IMG/VR virus record: IMGVR_UViG_3300020178_000002
Location: 248,137 to 312,136 of that record
Direction: 5' to 3' (one strand)
Length of the DNA: 64,000 nucleotides
Shown: one piece after another, positions 9,055-19,616 of the stretch
How positions within the stretch are numbered: position 1 is the stretch's first letter
Layout of the letters: the number at the start of each line of letters is the position of its first letter
Made by a program: the position numbers and the translations under genes
Notes under the pieces: generated by a model
Seen by the model: only the letters and a program-made list of their open reading frames with translations
What the model was told of the DNA's origin: nothing
Databases searched by the model: none

Positions 9055-11406
9055 TTAAATCTCAAAGCCACCAAAAAGGATGCCACCGAGTTTTTCAGAG
9101 CTTGGCATATCTTCTTGTAATTCAATATTTTCTGATGCGGTTAGGTTGAACTCACCCTCATCATAGTTATTAACAAACAGAGAAGCTGTCTTCTCACTGT
9201 CGCTTGCATTAGCTAACCTGATCATCTCTTTTTGGTAGGTTGCAGGGCTTTCTACTATCTCTGTCACAGATGCAATGATTTGTTTGTTGTACTTTTGACA
9301 AGAACCCCCTGTATTAAACACACAAGACCCACACTTAGCTGTTTTTAATAAAGTAGGTATCTGGTTTGCTCTATGAACCAAAGATCCTTTATCACAGCCC
9401 TCTGTTCCTTTTGACATATAAGCATCTGCATCTACATAGGCATGGCCAGAGAGTCCTTCGTGTGCTTCTCTAATAGAGGCAATCCTTGAGCTATATTCAT
9501 TAAGTACATTCTGGTCAAATCTGGTTGCAAGAAGTATATCAAGCTCTTCACCTGCAGCACCTTCACTGATCTTTTGCCTAACCCATGTAGCAACTTTCAT
9601 TTCAGAAGCTGACATCTTGTTAGACTTCTTTTGGCCTAACACATGTGCTGTTTCCTCACCAACATATTGAGTAGCGGTTGAGGGTCTTGAAGCAAGGTCA
9701 AAAGCTTTTCTAACAAAGTCATTAGGGTCTTTGATAGATTCAATCTTCTTATAGTTATCTTGACTTAGCAAACCTGTTGAAAGAAGCTTTTCAACTTTAG
9801 AGTGTGCCTCTTTCCAAAGGTTAGCACTTGCTCTTTTCTCTCTGTCTGGCACAGAGTCCAAAGCTTTGCTTCTATCTTTAACCATTCGGTGTTCTGTTAA
9901 GTTGTACTCACCATAAGATGCAGTTTTACTTGGCTTCTTAATGTACTTAACTACTGAAGCAAGCTTTTCTTCTGGAGTATTCTTGCCCTTAACAACTTTC
10001 TCAACTTCTTCAAAAGAGACAAGCCCTGCTTTCACGAGCTTTGAAACTTTCAAGGCAGCTTGTAACTCCCTATTTTGAAGTTCTCTGTCTTCTTTCTTTG
10101 GTATGAGGACATTGCTTTGAACCTGTCTCTTCTTCATGTTGTGGTAAGAAGCAGATTTACCTTGACCCTCATATTCAGAAATTTTTGTAGGCTGACTTGC
10201 TACAATATAGAGTCTTTCGATTTTTTGAGATGCTGTTCTGTCAGAATCTACAATGGCTGAAACTTGTTCTTCGTCTAAGAAGTTCTGTGCAACAAGTTCA
10301 TGTGCAATTCTTTCTAGCTTCTTCTCGATTTTTGTTTGTTCAACTTCTTCATAAGATGCGACAAATATGTTTTCTTCTCTGGCATTCTTTAGTTCTTCTT
10401 GTGCTTGATCTAAAGAAATAAGGCTCGCTTGGTCTATTTGCTGAGGAAACCATGTTGCAGACTTTTCTTCTCTAGCTACACGACCCTCAATTAAGTCAAT
10501 AAATGCACTCTGAAGCCTCTCTTTTGAATTTCCAGATGCTACCTTTACCCCATAAGATTCGAGCTTAGGAAGCAAGCTTTTAGCAGCTTTATTCCAAGGT
10601 ACTTCTTTAACAACTTCCATGCCTAAGAATCTGTCAAAGGCACAGTCTTTGTTTTTAGGAATGATGTACATAGAGGTAGCACAACGTTTATTGATGACTT
10701 CGTTCCATCTGCCATTGAACAAACCTGGGAAGTGTTCTTCTTTAATATAAACACGACCATGTAGCCCATATTCAGAAGCAAGCTTAGACTTAGTTCTTAA
10801 GACATCTTTGCCCTCTACTTCTGAGAGTAGGTTCTTCATAGAGTGACCATAAGCAAGCTTTCTGTGTAGCTTCTCTTGCTTTTGTCTATAGTCATCTCCA
10901 GGTAAAGAGCTTTGGTCTTTTCTGTAAGAGTTTTGGTAAGGGATGTTTTTTCTATTGCTATTAGGGATTATGTTTATCCCATCAGTAGAAGCAGAGCCCC
11001 AAGCGTCTTGTAGAGTCATCAGTTGGTTAGCTTCAGGGTTTCCTGACTTGCCCTCTTCCATATCTTTAAGAACTTCTTCGAGAGATCTAAGTCCATCTAA
11101 ATCGGGTTCTGGTTGACTGGCTAACCAAGAGTGGTCAACTAAGTTGATATTTTGACCAGCTTCTCTTGTGATTTCTTCAATGTTCAAATCAGTATTTGTG
11201 TTTATACCTAAAGGAATATCAGAGAAAGAGGGGCTGTCATTGGGAATCATTCCTTCAGGTAGGCCAGAAAGTCCCTTTGCTTCTGGTAGCCTTGCACCAT
11301 CTAAGACACCATCATTGTAGTCTGTGTCAAAGTGGAAGCCATCTAGCATATAGTTAGACCCATTGGTCATGGAGTATCCTCCATTTGGTAGCTTACTCTC
11401 ACTCAT
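9055..11406 (-). CDS. Large hypothetical protein with internal repeats and Cys-rich C-terminus; probable head-associated protein
   Basis: 783 aa; repeated K-x-AS motifs; CGSCVFN...C cluster; same operon as terL. Confidence 0.6.
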   Translation of the reverse strand: MSESKLPNGGYSMTNGSNYMLDGFHFDTDYNDGVLDGARLPEAKGLSGLPEGMIPNDSPSFSDIPLGINTNTDLNIEEITREAGQNINLVDHSWLASQPEPDLDGLRSLEEVLKDMEEGKSGNPEANQLMTLQDAWGSASTDGINIIPNSNRKNIPYQNSYRKDQSSLPGDDYRQKQEKLHRKLAYGHSMKNLLSEVEGKDVLRTKSKLASEYGLHGRVYIKEEHFPGLFNGRWNEVINKRCATSMYIIPKNKDCAFDRFLGMEVVKEVPWNKAAKSLLPKLESYGVKVASGNSKERLQSAFIDLIEGRVAREEKSATWFPQQIDQASLISLDQAQEELKNAREENIFVASYEEVEQTKIEKKLERIAHELVAQNFLDEEQVSAIVDSDRTASQKIERLYIVASQPTKISEYEGQGKSASYHNMKKRQVQSNVLIPKKEDRELQNRELQAALKVSKLVKAGLVSFEEVEKVVKGKNTPEEKLASVVKYIKKPSKTASYGEYNLTEHRMVKDRSKALDSVPDREKRASANLWKEAHSKVEKLLSTGLLSQDNYKKIESIKDPNDFVRKAFDLASRPSTATQYVGEETAHVLGQKKSNKMSASEMKVATWVRQKISEGAAGEELDILLATRFDQNVLNEYSSRIASIREAHEGLSGHAYVDADAYMSKGTEGCDKGSLVHRANQIPTLLKTAKCGSCVFNTGGSCQKYNKQIIASVTEIVESPATYQKEMIRLANASDSEKTASLFVNNYDEGEFNLTASENIELQEDMPSSEKLGGILFGGFEI

Positions 11407-11987
11407 CTTTTACTCCTATCACTTAAATAGTCTCTTGAAGGAACAGGTTTTCCATCTTCATCTACAGGGGTGTCATTTTCTTCCTGCTCTTGCAAAGCCC
11501 AAGCTTCTGGGTCTTCTTTGATATCTTCAATATCTTCCATTACTTGCTCTAAGACTTTTGCTTGAGCAATTTGCCAATGGTCTGCTGTGACTTCATCATA
11601 TAATGTGTCCGATAAAGCAGATAGGGCTTCTACAATATTCATATATTGTCTACGCATGGCTTTTATTTCCATGATGTAGCCTCTACCCCCAAGATTCCCA
11701 TCTGGAGATATGTCTCTAGACTTAATCTTTGCAAAAGTAGAATAAGCACTCATAGCGTGGCCTAAAGAAGAGAGTGTTGCTCTCAAAACTTTTGCCATAT
11801 CTTTACTGCACTTTTTATTAAACTTATGCTCTGGGTCCATTAGCCTTCCACTTGGAGGGTGTTGTCCCCAAGCCCATGCATTAGAATCATCACCATGATC
11901 TTTAATAAAGCGAACTTCACCAGCAGTTTTTACTCTTTTGCTGGTTTGGTATCTTTGAGCTACTTTTTTAGGGTCGGCTGAACTCAT
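11403..11987 (-). CDS. Hypothetical protein
   Basis: 194 aa; N-terminal KKVAQRY...KTAG. Confidence 0.6.
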   Translation of the reverse strand: MSSADPKKVAQRYQTSKRVKTAGEVRFIKDHGDDSNAWAWGQHPPSGRLMDPEHKFNKKCSKDMAKVLRATLSSLGHAMSAYSTFAKIKSRDISPDGNLGGRGYIMEIKAMRRQYMNIVEALSALSDTLYDEVTADHWQIAQAKVLEQVMEDIEDIKEDPEAWALQEQEENDTPVDEDGKPVPSRDYLSDRSKR

Positions 11988-12039
11988 TATAAATCCCCTC
12001 TGCCTGTGTTTACTGCAAAGAGGATTTATAAATAACTTA

Positions 12040-13041
12040 TTAAGAATCTACACTTGTTTCAACAATGTCAGTTAGTCTAGCTCTAAACTCTTCATGCCAT
12101 GCTTTTTCACTAGGCATGTCAGCAGAAGAAGAAACGAAGTAAAGCTTACCTACGCTAGGATTGATGGTTGTAAACCCACGACCATCTCTTTCTTCAATTA
12201 AGAAATAGAACTGATTGTCGCTGTTGTATCCTGCTGAGATGATATTACCCTCATAGTAGAGAATTGAATAGTCTCCAATAGTTCCTTCCATTAAGTCAGA
12301 GAAGTTTCCATGTAGAGAAGTCTTCTTTTCTCTTTCCATTAACATTCTTGAAGTTAAATCTTTCCTTGCAGCAGGTGCTTTAGTTTTTCCACCTTTGTCA
12401 TAGACAATAGCATATAGAGGTTTTGGTGCATTTGAACTCAAATAAGCTCCAATGTTTTTAAAAGCTCTGTATAGACCAACACCATCATGTGGGCTAAGGC
12501 TCTTCTCTCGAATAGTCTTTAAGAGTACTTCGATCTTTGCTTTTTCAATGTTAGCTTTAGCTTGATCGTTCTTATCTTCGAACCTTTTAAGCTTTCTCTG
12601 GGCACTCTCTAGCTTTTTTGTAAGTCCACTGATTTTAACGGGATCTACTGCGATAAAGCTGAACTTGTTTCCAGGCTTTCCATTTTGTAAAGAAATTGGA
12701 GCAACTTCAATAGTACAAGACTCTTTTAAATCTTCTGGTTTGTGGATCTTAGTGATCACACAATAAATAGGGTTTTCTGGTGAGTGTGTGAGTGCACCAC
12801 AGTTCTTCTTATTTAGAGGATGAGTGCATTTATCTCCATTTACTTTAACAACTTCACCTACCTCTAAAGGGCCTTTCCTAATGGAACGCTTTTCTCCCTT
12901 AGGTTTGATGTATACGCCTTCTCCTGAAAGATATGAGATAGTGGCATCTGGAGTCATTCCTTTTGGGAAAGCTGTTCTAGCCCAAGCTGCAAATGCTGCT
13001 GGGTCGTTTGTGAGCGAGCTTGCTGAAGATATTTTAGTCAT
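12040..13041 (-). CDS. Hypothetical protein
   Basis: 333-aa ORF with AAAGGA RBS. Confidence 0.6.
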   Translation of the reverse strand: MTKISSASSLTNDPAAFAAWARTAFPKGMTPDATISYLSGEGVYIKPKGEKRSIRKGPLEVGEVVKVNGDKCTHPLNKKNCGALTHSPENPIYCVITKIHKPEDLKESCTIEVAPISLQNGKPGNKFSFIAVDPVKISGLTKKLESAQRKLKRFEDKNDQAKANIEKAKIEVLLKTIREKSLSPHDGVGLYRAFKNIGAYLSSNAPKPLYAIVYDKGGKTKAPAARKDLTSRMLMEREKKTSLHGNFSDLMEGTIGDYSILYYEGNIISAGYNSDNQFYFLIEERDGRGFTTINPSVGKLYFVSSSADMPSEKAWHEEFRARLTDIVETSVDS

Positions 13042-13200
13042 GGCTTAATCCTTTCATATTTTTTTTTATTTCCTATGTGTATTATATAAATATAAAGCCT
13101 ACAAATAAAATAAAGAGAGCAATACTCCTTAGATTGTGAGCTCTAAATAAGAGAGCTTAGGTTGAAGCTCAACCCCCACAATTCTCTGAGGAGTATATTT

Positions 13201-14493
13201 ATGCAGGAAGCAGTACTTTTAGATACGAGTGTTTTAATTCATGACCCTCTTTCAATAAAAAGCTATGGAGAAGGTGTTCAAGTTCTAATACCTATTTTTG
13301 TAGTCATGGAATTGGATGTTCTCAAGGACATGAGTAAAAGAGAGAAGGCTCATGTTGGTGCATTGGCTAGACAAGCTTCAAATCTGATTCTCGAAGCCAT
13401 AAAAGACCAGTCTGTTATTATTGTCACACATCAAGATGCTGTTGACATCAAGTCTTTGGACAGAGCTTCTCAAATAAGATATGTGGACTTACTCATTTTA
13501 CAGACCTCTATTTACCAGAACGAACACTACAACCTGACTTTGGTTTCTAAAGATGTGAACTTAAGGATTATCGCAGAGTCTTATGATATTAAGACCTCTG
13601 ACTATGTTTCAGACTCAATTTCTTCAAACATCTATGATTCCTTAGGTCTAAGGGAGTTTATGCCAAATGCTGAATTTGCAACTTCTTTGATTAAGTCGTA
13701 TTGGGAAGGTCCTGTTAATATTCCTTTTGATTCAGACTTCGAGGCATTTCAGAATGAGTATTTGTGGTTTACAGACTTCAATGGTAAGAAGCACACTTTT
13801 CAATATAAGGATTGGACTCTCTTTCCTGTAGATAAAGTTAGCACTTCTAAAGCTAAACCAAGAAACCTTGAGCAAAGAGTTGCTTTAGATATGCTTCTTG
13901 ATCCAGAGGTTCAACTTGTATCCCTTTTGGGTAAAGCAGGAACAGGCAAGACCTTTTTAGCTTTGGCAGCCGCTCTTGATCAAACAAGCCTATATAATAG
14001 AATCTTGTTATCTAAGCCTGTTGTTGATGTTGGCAAGGGTATCGGCTTCTTGCCTGGTTCTCTCTCAGAGAAGATGGAGCCTTGGATGCAAAGCTTCTTT
14101 GATAACTTAGACCAGATTAATCCTTTGTGGGACACTGCACCTATGGGAATGGAAGCTGGATCAAAAGAGATTTTCCTTGAAAAGAATCAAATTGAGATTC
14201 AACCGATACACTCAATAAGAGGTCGCTCTTTAAAGCAAGCTTACATGATTATAGATGAGGCTCAGAACTTAACAAAACATGAGATTAAGTCTATTATCAC
14301 CAGAGCAGCAGAGGGTACTAAGGTTGTATTATTAGGCGACCCTTACCAAGTAGACCACCCTTACTTAGACACGAACTCTAATGGCCTTGTTTATGTAATA
14401 GAGAAGATGAAAGGTCAGTCTATATTTGGTTGTGTTAGTCTACACAAGTCAGAAAGATCTACTTTATCAGACATTGCAGCAGATCTTTTGTAG
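13201..14493 (+). CDS. phoH: PhoH-family ATPase with N-terminal PIN domain (PhoH2 type)
   Basis: PIN motifs LLDTSVLIHDP and LVSKDVNLR; GKAGTGKT; IGFLPG; RGRS; IIDEAQN; GDPYQVD. ATG 13201 has GAGGAG RBS. Confidence 0.92.
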   Translation: MQEAVLLDTSVLIHDPLSIKSYGEGVQVLIPIFVVMELDVLKDMSKREKAHVGALARQASNLILEAIKDQSVIIVTHQDAVDIKSLDRASQIRYVDLLILQTSIYQNEHYNLTLVSKDVNLRIIAESYDIKTSDYVSDSISSNIYDSLGLREFMPNAEFATSLIKSYWEGPVNIPFDSDFEAFQNEYLWFTDFNGKKHTFQYKDWTLFPVDKVSTSKAKPRNLEQRVALDMLLDPEVQLVSLLGKAGTGKTFLALAAALDQTSLYNRILLSKPVVDVGKGIGFLPGSLSEKMEPWMQSFFDNLDQINPLWDTAPMGMEAGSKEIFLEKNQIEIQPIHSIRGRSLKQAYMIIDEAQNLTKHEIKSIITRAAEGTKVVLLGDPYQVDHPYLDTNSNGLVYVIEKMKGQSIFGCVSLHKSERSTLSDIAADLL

Positions 14494-14540
14494 TGTTTTT
14501 ATACTTTTCTTTGGTGAATGGCTGAATCAAAAGGAGTATT

Positions 14541-15083
14541 ATGTCTCTTTCATCAAAGCAAGAAAAGATACTAAAGAACTTTATCGGGAAAGAATACGTT
14601 AACCTCTACAAAAACTTCTCCCTAAGACACCACAGGGTTTCTGTAAAGTTAAAGAAGGTTATTCAAGGTTATGCGTCTGTTTATTCAGGCACGGAAAAAG
14701 GGATTGCATACTACAATGACTTTATCAAGTTGCCTGTTGTAGGTCTTAGTCTTCATCTTTTTTTTAAAACAGAGATAGACTATTACAAGATTGATGAGCC
14801 TTTCTTTTTAGGGAGGGCAAAGCCCAAGATTCTGGAAGCCCTTTCTGAAATCTTTTCACAAACTTTAGAGAATAAAAGGGATGTAGATATAGCTCGTTTC
14901 TTTGGGTTCACTGAGGAAGATATAGTTATCCCGAATGGTTTTGAGTTACATGAACCCTTTGACGAGACAGAGTATAACTTTGAAGTTGTAGATTACAGAA
15001 AAGATGGGGATAACTTAGCCCTCGAAATAAATTTCTGGATTAAGACTTATCCTCTTCTTGGGAAATCTGGAGTTGGAATCTAA
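14541..15083 (+). CDS. Hypothetical protein
   Basis: 180-aa ORF with AAGGAG RBS. Confidence 0.6.
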   Translation: MSLSSKQEKILKNFIGKEYVNLYKNFSLRHHRVSVKLKKVIQGYASVYSGTEKGIAYYNDFIKLPVVGLSLHLFFKTEIDYYKIDEPFFLGRAKPKILEALSEIFSQTLENKRDVDIARFFGFTEEDIVIPNGFELHEPFDETEYNFEVVDYRKDGDNLALEINFWIKTYPLLGKSGVGI

Positions 15084-15231
15084 GAGATTCATTTATCATT
15101 TGTATAGTAAAATCACCTCTAAAGGTATAGGTTTTACCTTTAACTACTATCTGAATCTCTTTAAAACCTTTAAGATCTTTTTTTTCGACTCCAATAAGTA
15201 TCACAGGTTGAGTTGTGCTATATTCACTCAT
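15040..15231 (-). CDS. Small hypothetical protein
   Basis: ATGA-coupled to upstream gene. Confidence 0.45.
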   Translation of the reverse strand: MSEYSTTQPVILIGVEKKDLKGFKEIQIVVKGKTYTFRGDFTIQMINESLRFQLQISQEEDKS

Positions 15232-15746
15232 ACCTTTAATGGGTTGCCATCATCATCAAAGAGCCTTTCTACATCATAAGTCCCATCTTCAGAAACCTTA
15301 ACACTCCAAAGGTCTTTAGTAGACTTGTGTACTAAAGCGTTCTCTCCAGATGCAATGTGGCTCATAAGAGATGGACCACTTAATATGATGAAGTGTTCAT
15401 CTAGGTTGGAAACTTTCATACTTGCCAGCTTCAAGAAGTCAGCAGGTACATTATCTATTTTGTTTCTGCCATCAAATCTAACAAAGATTTCATTTCCTAG
15501 ATGAGTAGTAGGTCCATTAACAGTTTCAACAGTGACGACTGTTCCTTTAGTACCCGAAGATGGGAGTTGACCAGGTATTACAATGCCATTGTTAGTGAAA
15601 GCAACTACTCTAGAACCCTCTTTAAAAGTTGCAGCTTCTTTCTTATTTTTCCTACCTACAAGATCTATCATATTTGTAGATAGGATAGCATCTATCCCAG
15701 AGGTCTTTGAGTTTGAAGTAAATGATATATCATTATTGTCCCACAT
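15228..15746 (-). CDS. Hypothetical protein (SH3-like middle part)
   Basis: Likely start MWDNND at 15746 with AGAGAG upstream. Confidence 0.55.
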   Translation of the reverse strand: MWDNNDISFTSNSKTSGIDAILSTNMIDLVGRKNKKEAATFKEGSRVVAFTNNGIVIPGQLPSSGTKGTVVTVETVNGPTTHLGNEIFVRFDGRNKIDNVPADFLKLASMKVSNLDEHFIILSGPSLMSHIASGENALVHKSTKDLWSVKVSEDGTYDVERLFDDDGNPLKV

Positions 15747-15796
15747 AGTTATCTCTCTTTCTCTTTGTTTAAGAGTAGTCAGAGATAAATAAATTA

Positions 15797-16129
15797 TCAA
15801 ATAAGGAACAAAGCATTATTTGTAAAGAACTTAAGGCTCTCCCTCAGAGGTCTGTTGCTTTCTGTTATTCTGATTTCGTAGGAAAGCTCTGTACCATAGA
15901 GGTCATCTTGTAGTTCTTCTCCAGAGGTATAGCAAAGTTTGTTGTCTCTTATGAGGTCACATCCTCTAGCAAACCACTTGTCTTGGGTGTGTTTTCTGAT
16001 AAACAAGAGAACATCAGCAAAGTCGTCTGTTTCCACAGATTCAACCTGAGACTCTTCTTTGGTTGATTCATAGTTCTCGTCAGGGTTACCTTTTATTATT
16101 TCAAATAGCTGGCAAGTATATTTTTTCAT
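15797..16129 (-). CDS. Hypothetical protein
   Basis: 110 aa with AAGGA RBS. Confidence 0.55.
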   Translation of the reverse strand: MKKYTCQLFEIIKGNPDENYESTKEESQVESVETDDFADVLLFIRKHTQDKWFARGCDLIRDNKLCYTSGEELQDDLYGTELSYEIRITESNRPLRESLKFFTNNALFLI

Positions 16130-16205
16130 GGTCTTCCTTTTTTTAATGTGGGGTATGTTAGTTCATATAACTTGGTAAAGTAATTTATAAAATGGAGTTT
16201 CGTGT

Positions 16206-17132
16206 ATGAGATATATTTATTGGTCGCATTTAAAGATGATGCGAGAGTGTCCTCAAAAGTACCTTTGGTACAAAGGTCACCCTGACCATGATTTAGGTGC
16301 AGGGGTTGGAAAGCCTAAGCCTATTCCAGATGAGAACAGAGCTTCAGAACACCATCAGCTCATGGGTTCAGTCTTATCTAAGGTAGTGGAGTTGATGTAC
16401 AACAATCAAATGTACTTAAAGCCTAAGACACTCCTTTCAGACTTAGAAGATATTGCACTAAAAGAGTTTGAGGAGTTAGAGAAGAAGCAATACATTCTTT
16501 GGACATACTTAACAAGGGATGAAGCGATAAACACCTGTACTAATGGTGTTAAGAACTTTTTAGAGATTGTTAAAACTAACAAGCTTTTAGGTCCTTACTC
16601 AGAGTCAGAGCTAAGAATGACACCACAGATCAACAAGTCTTTTAAAGTTTGTGGGATTGCAGACCTTGTATTCAAGGACAAAGAAGGGAATACCTATATC
16701 TTAGATGGTAAAAATGCTTCTACTCCTATGAAGTATGAAGATGAAGATCAGTTAAGGTGGTATGCACTTTGTTTTCGTTTAGAGTATGGCTTTGTTCCAG
16801 ACAAACTTGGCTTTTTCTATTTCAGATACCCCAAGTCTAACCCACCTAAAGACCAAGATCCTGAAACATGGACAGGTTTAGTGGAAATTTCGCTTTCAGA
16901 AGAAGACATTGAAAGACTTGGTAGAGAAGCTATTGAAACGAATAGAGCCATTGATAGAGGAGTTTTTGAAGCTAATCCTATACCAAAGCATTGCAATATG
17001 TGTACGTTTCAGCATATGTGTGAGCCACGCATAGAGCAAAGAAAGCGAAACGCAGCAAAAAGAAAGCCTAAAGATGAGGAGAAATTCTATAATGGCAATA
17101 ACACTTTTACTTTAGGGAAAGGTAAATTTTAA
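16206..17132 (+). CDS. PD-(D/E)XK nuclease (RecB/Cas4-like)
   Basis: N-terminal CPQKY; GIADLV...ILDGK; QLRWYA; C-terminal CxxCxxxxxC. Confidence 0.8.
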   Translation: MRYIYWSHLKMMRECPQKYLWYKGHPDHDLGAGVGKPKPIPDENRASEHHQLMGSVLSKVVELMYNNQMYLKPKTLLSDLEDIALKEFEELEKKQYILWTYLTRDEAINTCTNGVKNFLEIVKTNKLLGPYSESELRMTPQINKSFKVCGIADLVFKDKEGNTYILDGKNASTPMKYEDEDQLRWYALCFRLEYGFVPDKLGFFYFRYPKSNPPKDQDPETWTGLVEISLSEEDIERLGREAIETNRAIDRGVFEANPIPKHCNMCTFQHMCEPRIEQRKRNAAKRKPKDEEKFYNGNNTFTLGKGKF

Positions 17133-17386
17133 TGGATGTAAAAGACTACCTTGAAAAGAAGAATGATCTTGAGAGGAGAAAAGAAAGGCTTATTGGTAAG
17201 CTAGAAACCTCAAAAGAAAATCTTGCAAAAATTGATTCCAGGCTCAAGGAAAGAGGGATTGACCCCTCTACCTTAGATGACGAGATCGCTAGACTTAAAT
17301 CAGAACATGAAAAACACATTAAGACTATTGGTGAGCTTTTGAAGAAAGCAGAAGAAGTCTTAACTCGAATTGAAAATAGAATATAG
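17132..17386 (+). CDS. Small coiled-coil protein
   Basis: Heptad-rich 84 aa; coupled to the nuclease gene. Confidence 0.6.
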   Translation: MDVKDYLEKKNDLERRKERLIGKLETSKENLAKIDSRLKERGIDPSTLDDEIARLKSEHEKHIKTIGELLKKAEEVLTRIENRI

Positions 17387-17399
17387 AAAGGGAACAGAA

Positions 17400-18593
17400 A
17401 TGCAGATTAATATTTCTACTCCAGACCTTAAAGAAGCACTGAGCTTGTCACAGAACACTCTTGGTACAAACTCAGATATTACTTCTCACTTTGTTTTTGT
17501 TAAAGAAGGCACTAATGCAAGTGTTCTTTCTTGTACTTTACCTCGAACTTTTACCAAAGTACCTTTGGTAGGAGCTACTGTCACAGGTGATGACCCTTTT
17601 ACTGTCGAGGGCAAGCGTATCATGCAAGCCATCTCTGCTGTATCTGGTGTCCTTGAGATCAAGTCTGATGATGAGGGGGGTGTCTCTATTTCTCTTGAAA
17701 AAGGAGAGATTGCACTTCCATCACTAGACAGTGACAGTTTCCCACCTTGGATTACAAAGCTAGAGGAAGCGACTTCTATGAAGTCTATCTCGGCTTCCAT
17801 TCTTTATGATGCAATTAACTCTTTGAAGAGTTATGTGTCAGTAGAAGAAAACCGAAGACCAGAGCTTGCTATGCTTTATGTCAGTGATGGCAAAGCATAT
17901 GGGTGTGATGGTTTTGGTATGTCAGTAGCTCGACATGATGATCTTAATGGTATTGATCTCAAGATTCACACAAAAGACTTAGCACCTCTTTCTAAGTTCC
18001 TAAAAGCAAATGATGGAGGTCTTATTGAGGTTCTTTCTGGAGAACAATGCTACTTCTTTAAAGCTCAGAATGGTGCTGTGTTTGGATTGACAGATCTTCC
18101 TCACACTTTCCCTCAAGTTGTTATCAACTATGCAGAAGCATTTGATTGGACACCTCACAAGGTGTGGGCTGTGACTAAATCAAGCCTAAACACCGCAATC
18201 AAGTTCTTACGAGCAGGTGCTGATACCTCTGATTGTAAAGTTTCATTTAATGATGAGGGTGACATTCTAGCACCTTCTCTTTCTATGAGACCCTCAAGTG
18301 GAAAAGGTAGCCTAAGCTATAGTTTAGACTTAGCTAGTCTTCCTACTCCAGAGGAAGGTGTTGAGATTGTAGATCCTGGTGAGAAAATGTATCAAGATAG
18401 ACAGAGTGAAGCTTCAGATGTAAGTATTGATTCTTTCTCTTTCAACTATCTTTATATGGTTCGTGCTATGGAGTCTTTATCAGAGAACATCTTCATTGGC
18501 TGTAATCAAGAGAACAACAAGGGTTATATGGTATTTAAGGCCATTCAACCTAGTGGTCTTGAAACTGTATCTGTAGTAGGCTGGATGGTTTAA
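17400..18593 (+). CDS. DNA polymerase sliding clamp (DnaN/beta-like)
   Basis: About 397 aa; DSFP linker, RPELAMLYV...AYGCDGFGMS (cf. RPxLxGxxx...ATDGHRL), FNYLYM (cf. FNxxYL). Confidence 0.6.
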   Translation: MQINISTPDLKEALSLSQNTLGTNSDITSHFVFVKEGTNASVLSCTLPRTFTKVPLVGATVTGDDPFTVEGKRIMQAISAVSGVLEIKSDDEGGVSISLEKGEIALPSLDSDSFPPWITKLEEATSMKSISASILYDAINSLKSYVSVEENRRPELAMLYVSDGKAYGCDGFGMSVARHDDLNGIDLKIHTKDLAPLSKFLKANDGGLIEVLSGEQCYFFKAQNGAVFGLTDLPHTFPQVVINYAEAFDWTPHKVWAVTKSSLNTAIKFLRAGADTSDCKVSFNDEGDILAPSLSMRPSSGKGSLSYSLDLASLPTPEEGVEIVDPGEKMYQDRQSEASDVSIDSFSFNYLYMVRAMESLSENIFIGCNQENNKGYMVFKAIQPSGLETVSVVGWMV

Positions 18594-18594
18594 T

Positions 18595-19209
18595 ATGGAT
18601 ATCGACTCTCGCTTCAATCGTCTTAAAACATTACAAAGTTCTTGTCTTGAAAGAATTGCTTCTTTGGAAGCAGAAACTTCAATGCTTGAGCTTCAGATAA
18701 TGAAGACAACAGAGGCCAAAGCTATTTTAGACAAGATAGCAGAGGAAGAAGTGAAGCAAGGAGTCTCGGCTTATGTTAGCTTATTAGAAGAAGGTCTGAA
18801 AGCCATCTTCCCAGAACAAGATGTTGGGTTAAGTGCAGAGGTGACCAAAGTTAGAGGTAAAGTCTCTGTTAAGCTCAAGACGACATTTAAGGGTCAAGAT
18901 GGTATTGAGGTAGAGGGAGAGGGCTTAGATGCGTTTGGTGGTGCTGTTGCAACCATTCAAAGCCTTTTGCTAAGAATATCTCTTATCCTCAAGAGAGGTT
19001 TGAGACCTTTCCTAATTCTCGATGAAACTTTCCCTGCTGTGGATTCTTCTAGGTCTGAGATTCTAGTAAGTTTTTTAAAGGTTCTTTGTGAGAGATTAGG
19101 CATGGATATACTATGTATTACGCATGACTCAACAATTGCAGAGGGTGCAGATATAGGATATAAAATATACCCTAGTAAATCAGGTGCAAAGCTAAAGAGA
19201 ATAACATGA
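18595..19209 (+). CDS. Rad50/SbcC-like ABC ATPase, C-terminal half only
   Basis: Coiled coil, then signature-like FGGA, Walker B LILDE and H-loop ITHD; no Walker A. Confidence 0.75.
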   Translation: MDIDSRFNRLKTLQSSCLERIASLEAETSMLELQIMKTTEAKAILDKIAEEEVKQGVSAYVSLLEEGLKAIFPEQDVGLSAEVTKVRGKVSVKLKTTFKGQDGIEVEGEGLDAFGGAVATIQSLLLRISLILKRGLRPFLILDETFPAVDSSRSEILVSFLKVLCERLGMDILCITHDSTIAEGADIGYKIYPSKSGAKLKRIT

Positions 19210-19616
19210 GAACCAAAGGTGCGGTTAAGCATAAGCTTAAGCAAGTTAAACATCGCCTATTACAAAAAGCTGTTCGAAACAACCTAAGTAAGAAGCCTTG
19301 CAACTGTACGCACTCTGGTTTAGTTAGAGGCTCTGCATCAGAACCTTTATTTCATGTATGCTTGTTAGACTCTGATAAGCCAAAGGAATGGGAAGGCACT
19401 GTATGTGACCCTTCTGTTCCTAACACTTGTCCTTTTTTCAAGCCTACTAGAACTAAGGAAGAAATAGAGATAGAGTTTAACACTAATTTTGAAAAGCTAA
19501 TATCAGAGAATGATATTGGCAAGATTGCATCTAAGTACCCAGATGTAGCAGCTTTATTGTGGGTTCTTTCAGAAGAACAAGAGGATAGTAGTGATGATAG
19601 AGATAGTGAGACTTAA
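19206..19616 (+). CDS. Cys-rich hypothetical protein
   Basis: CNCTH...C...C...CPFF. Confidence 0.55.
   Translation: MRTKGAVKHKLKQVKHRLLQKAVRNNLSKKPCNCTHSGLVRGSASEPLFHVCLLDSDKPKEWEGTVCDPSVPNTCPFFKPTRTKEEIEIEFNTNFEKLISENDIGKIASKYPDVAALLWVLSEEQEDSSDDRDSET

Noticed and set aside
16206-17132. Cas4 / CRISPR-Cas system
   Set aside because: No repeat-spacer array or other cas genes seen; stand-alone nucleases of this type are common in phages.
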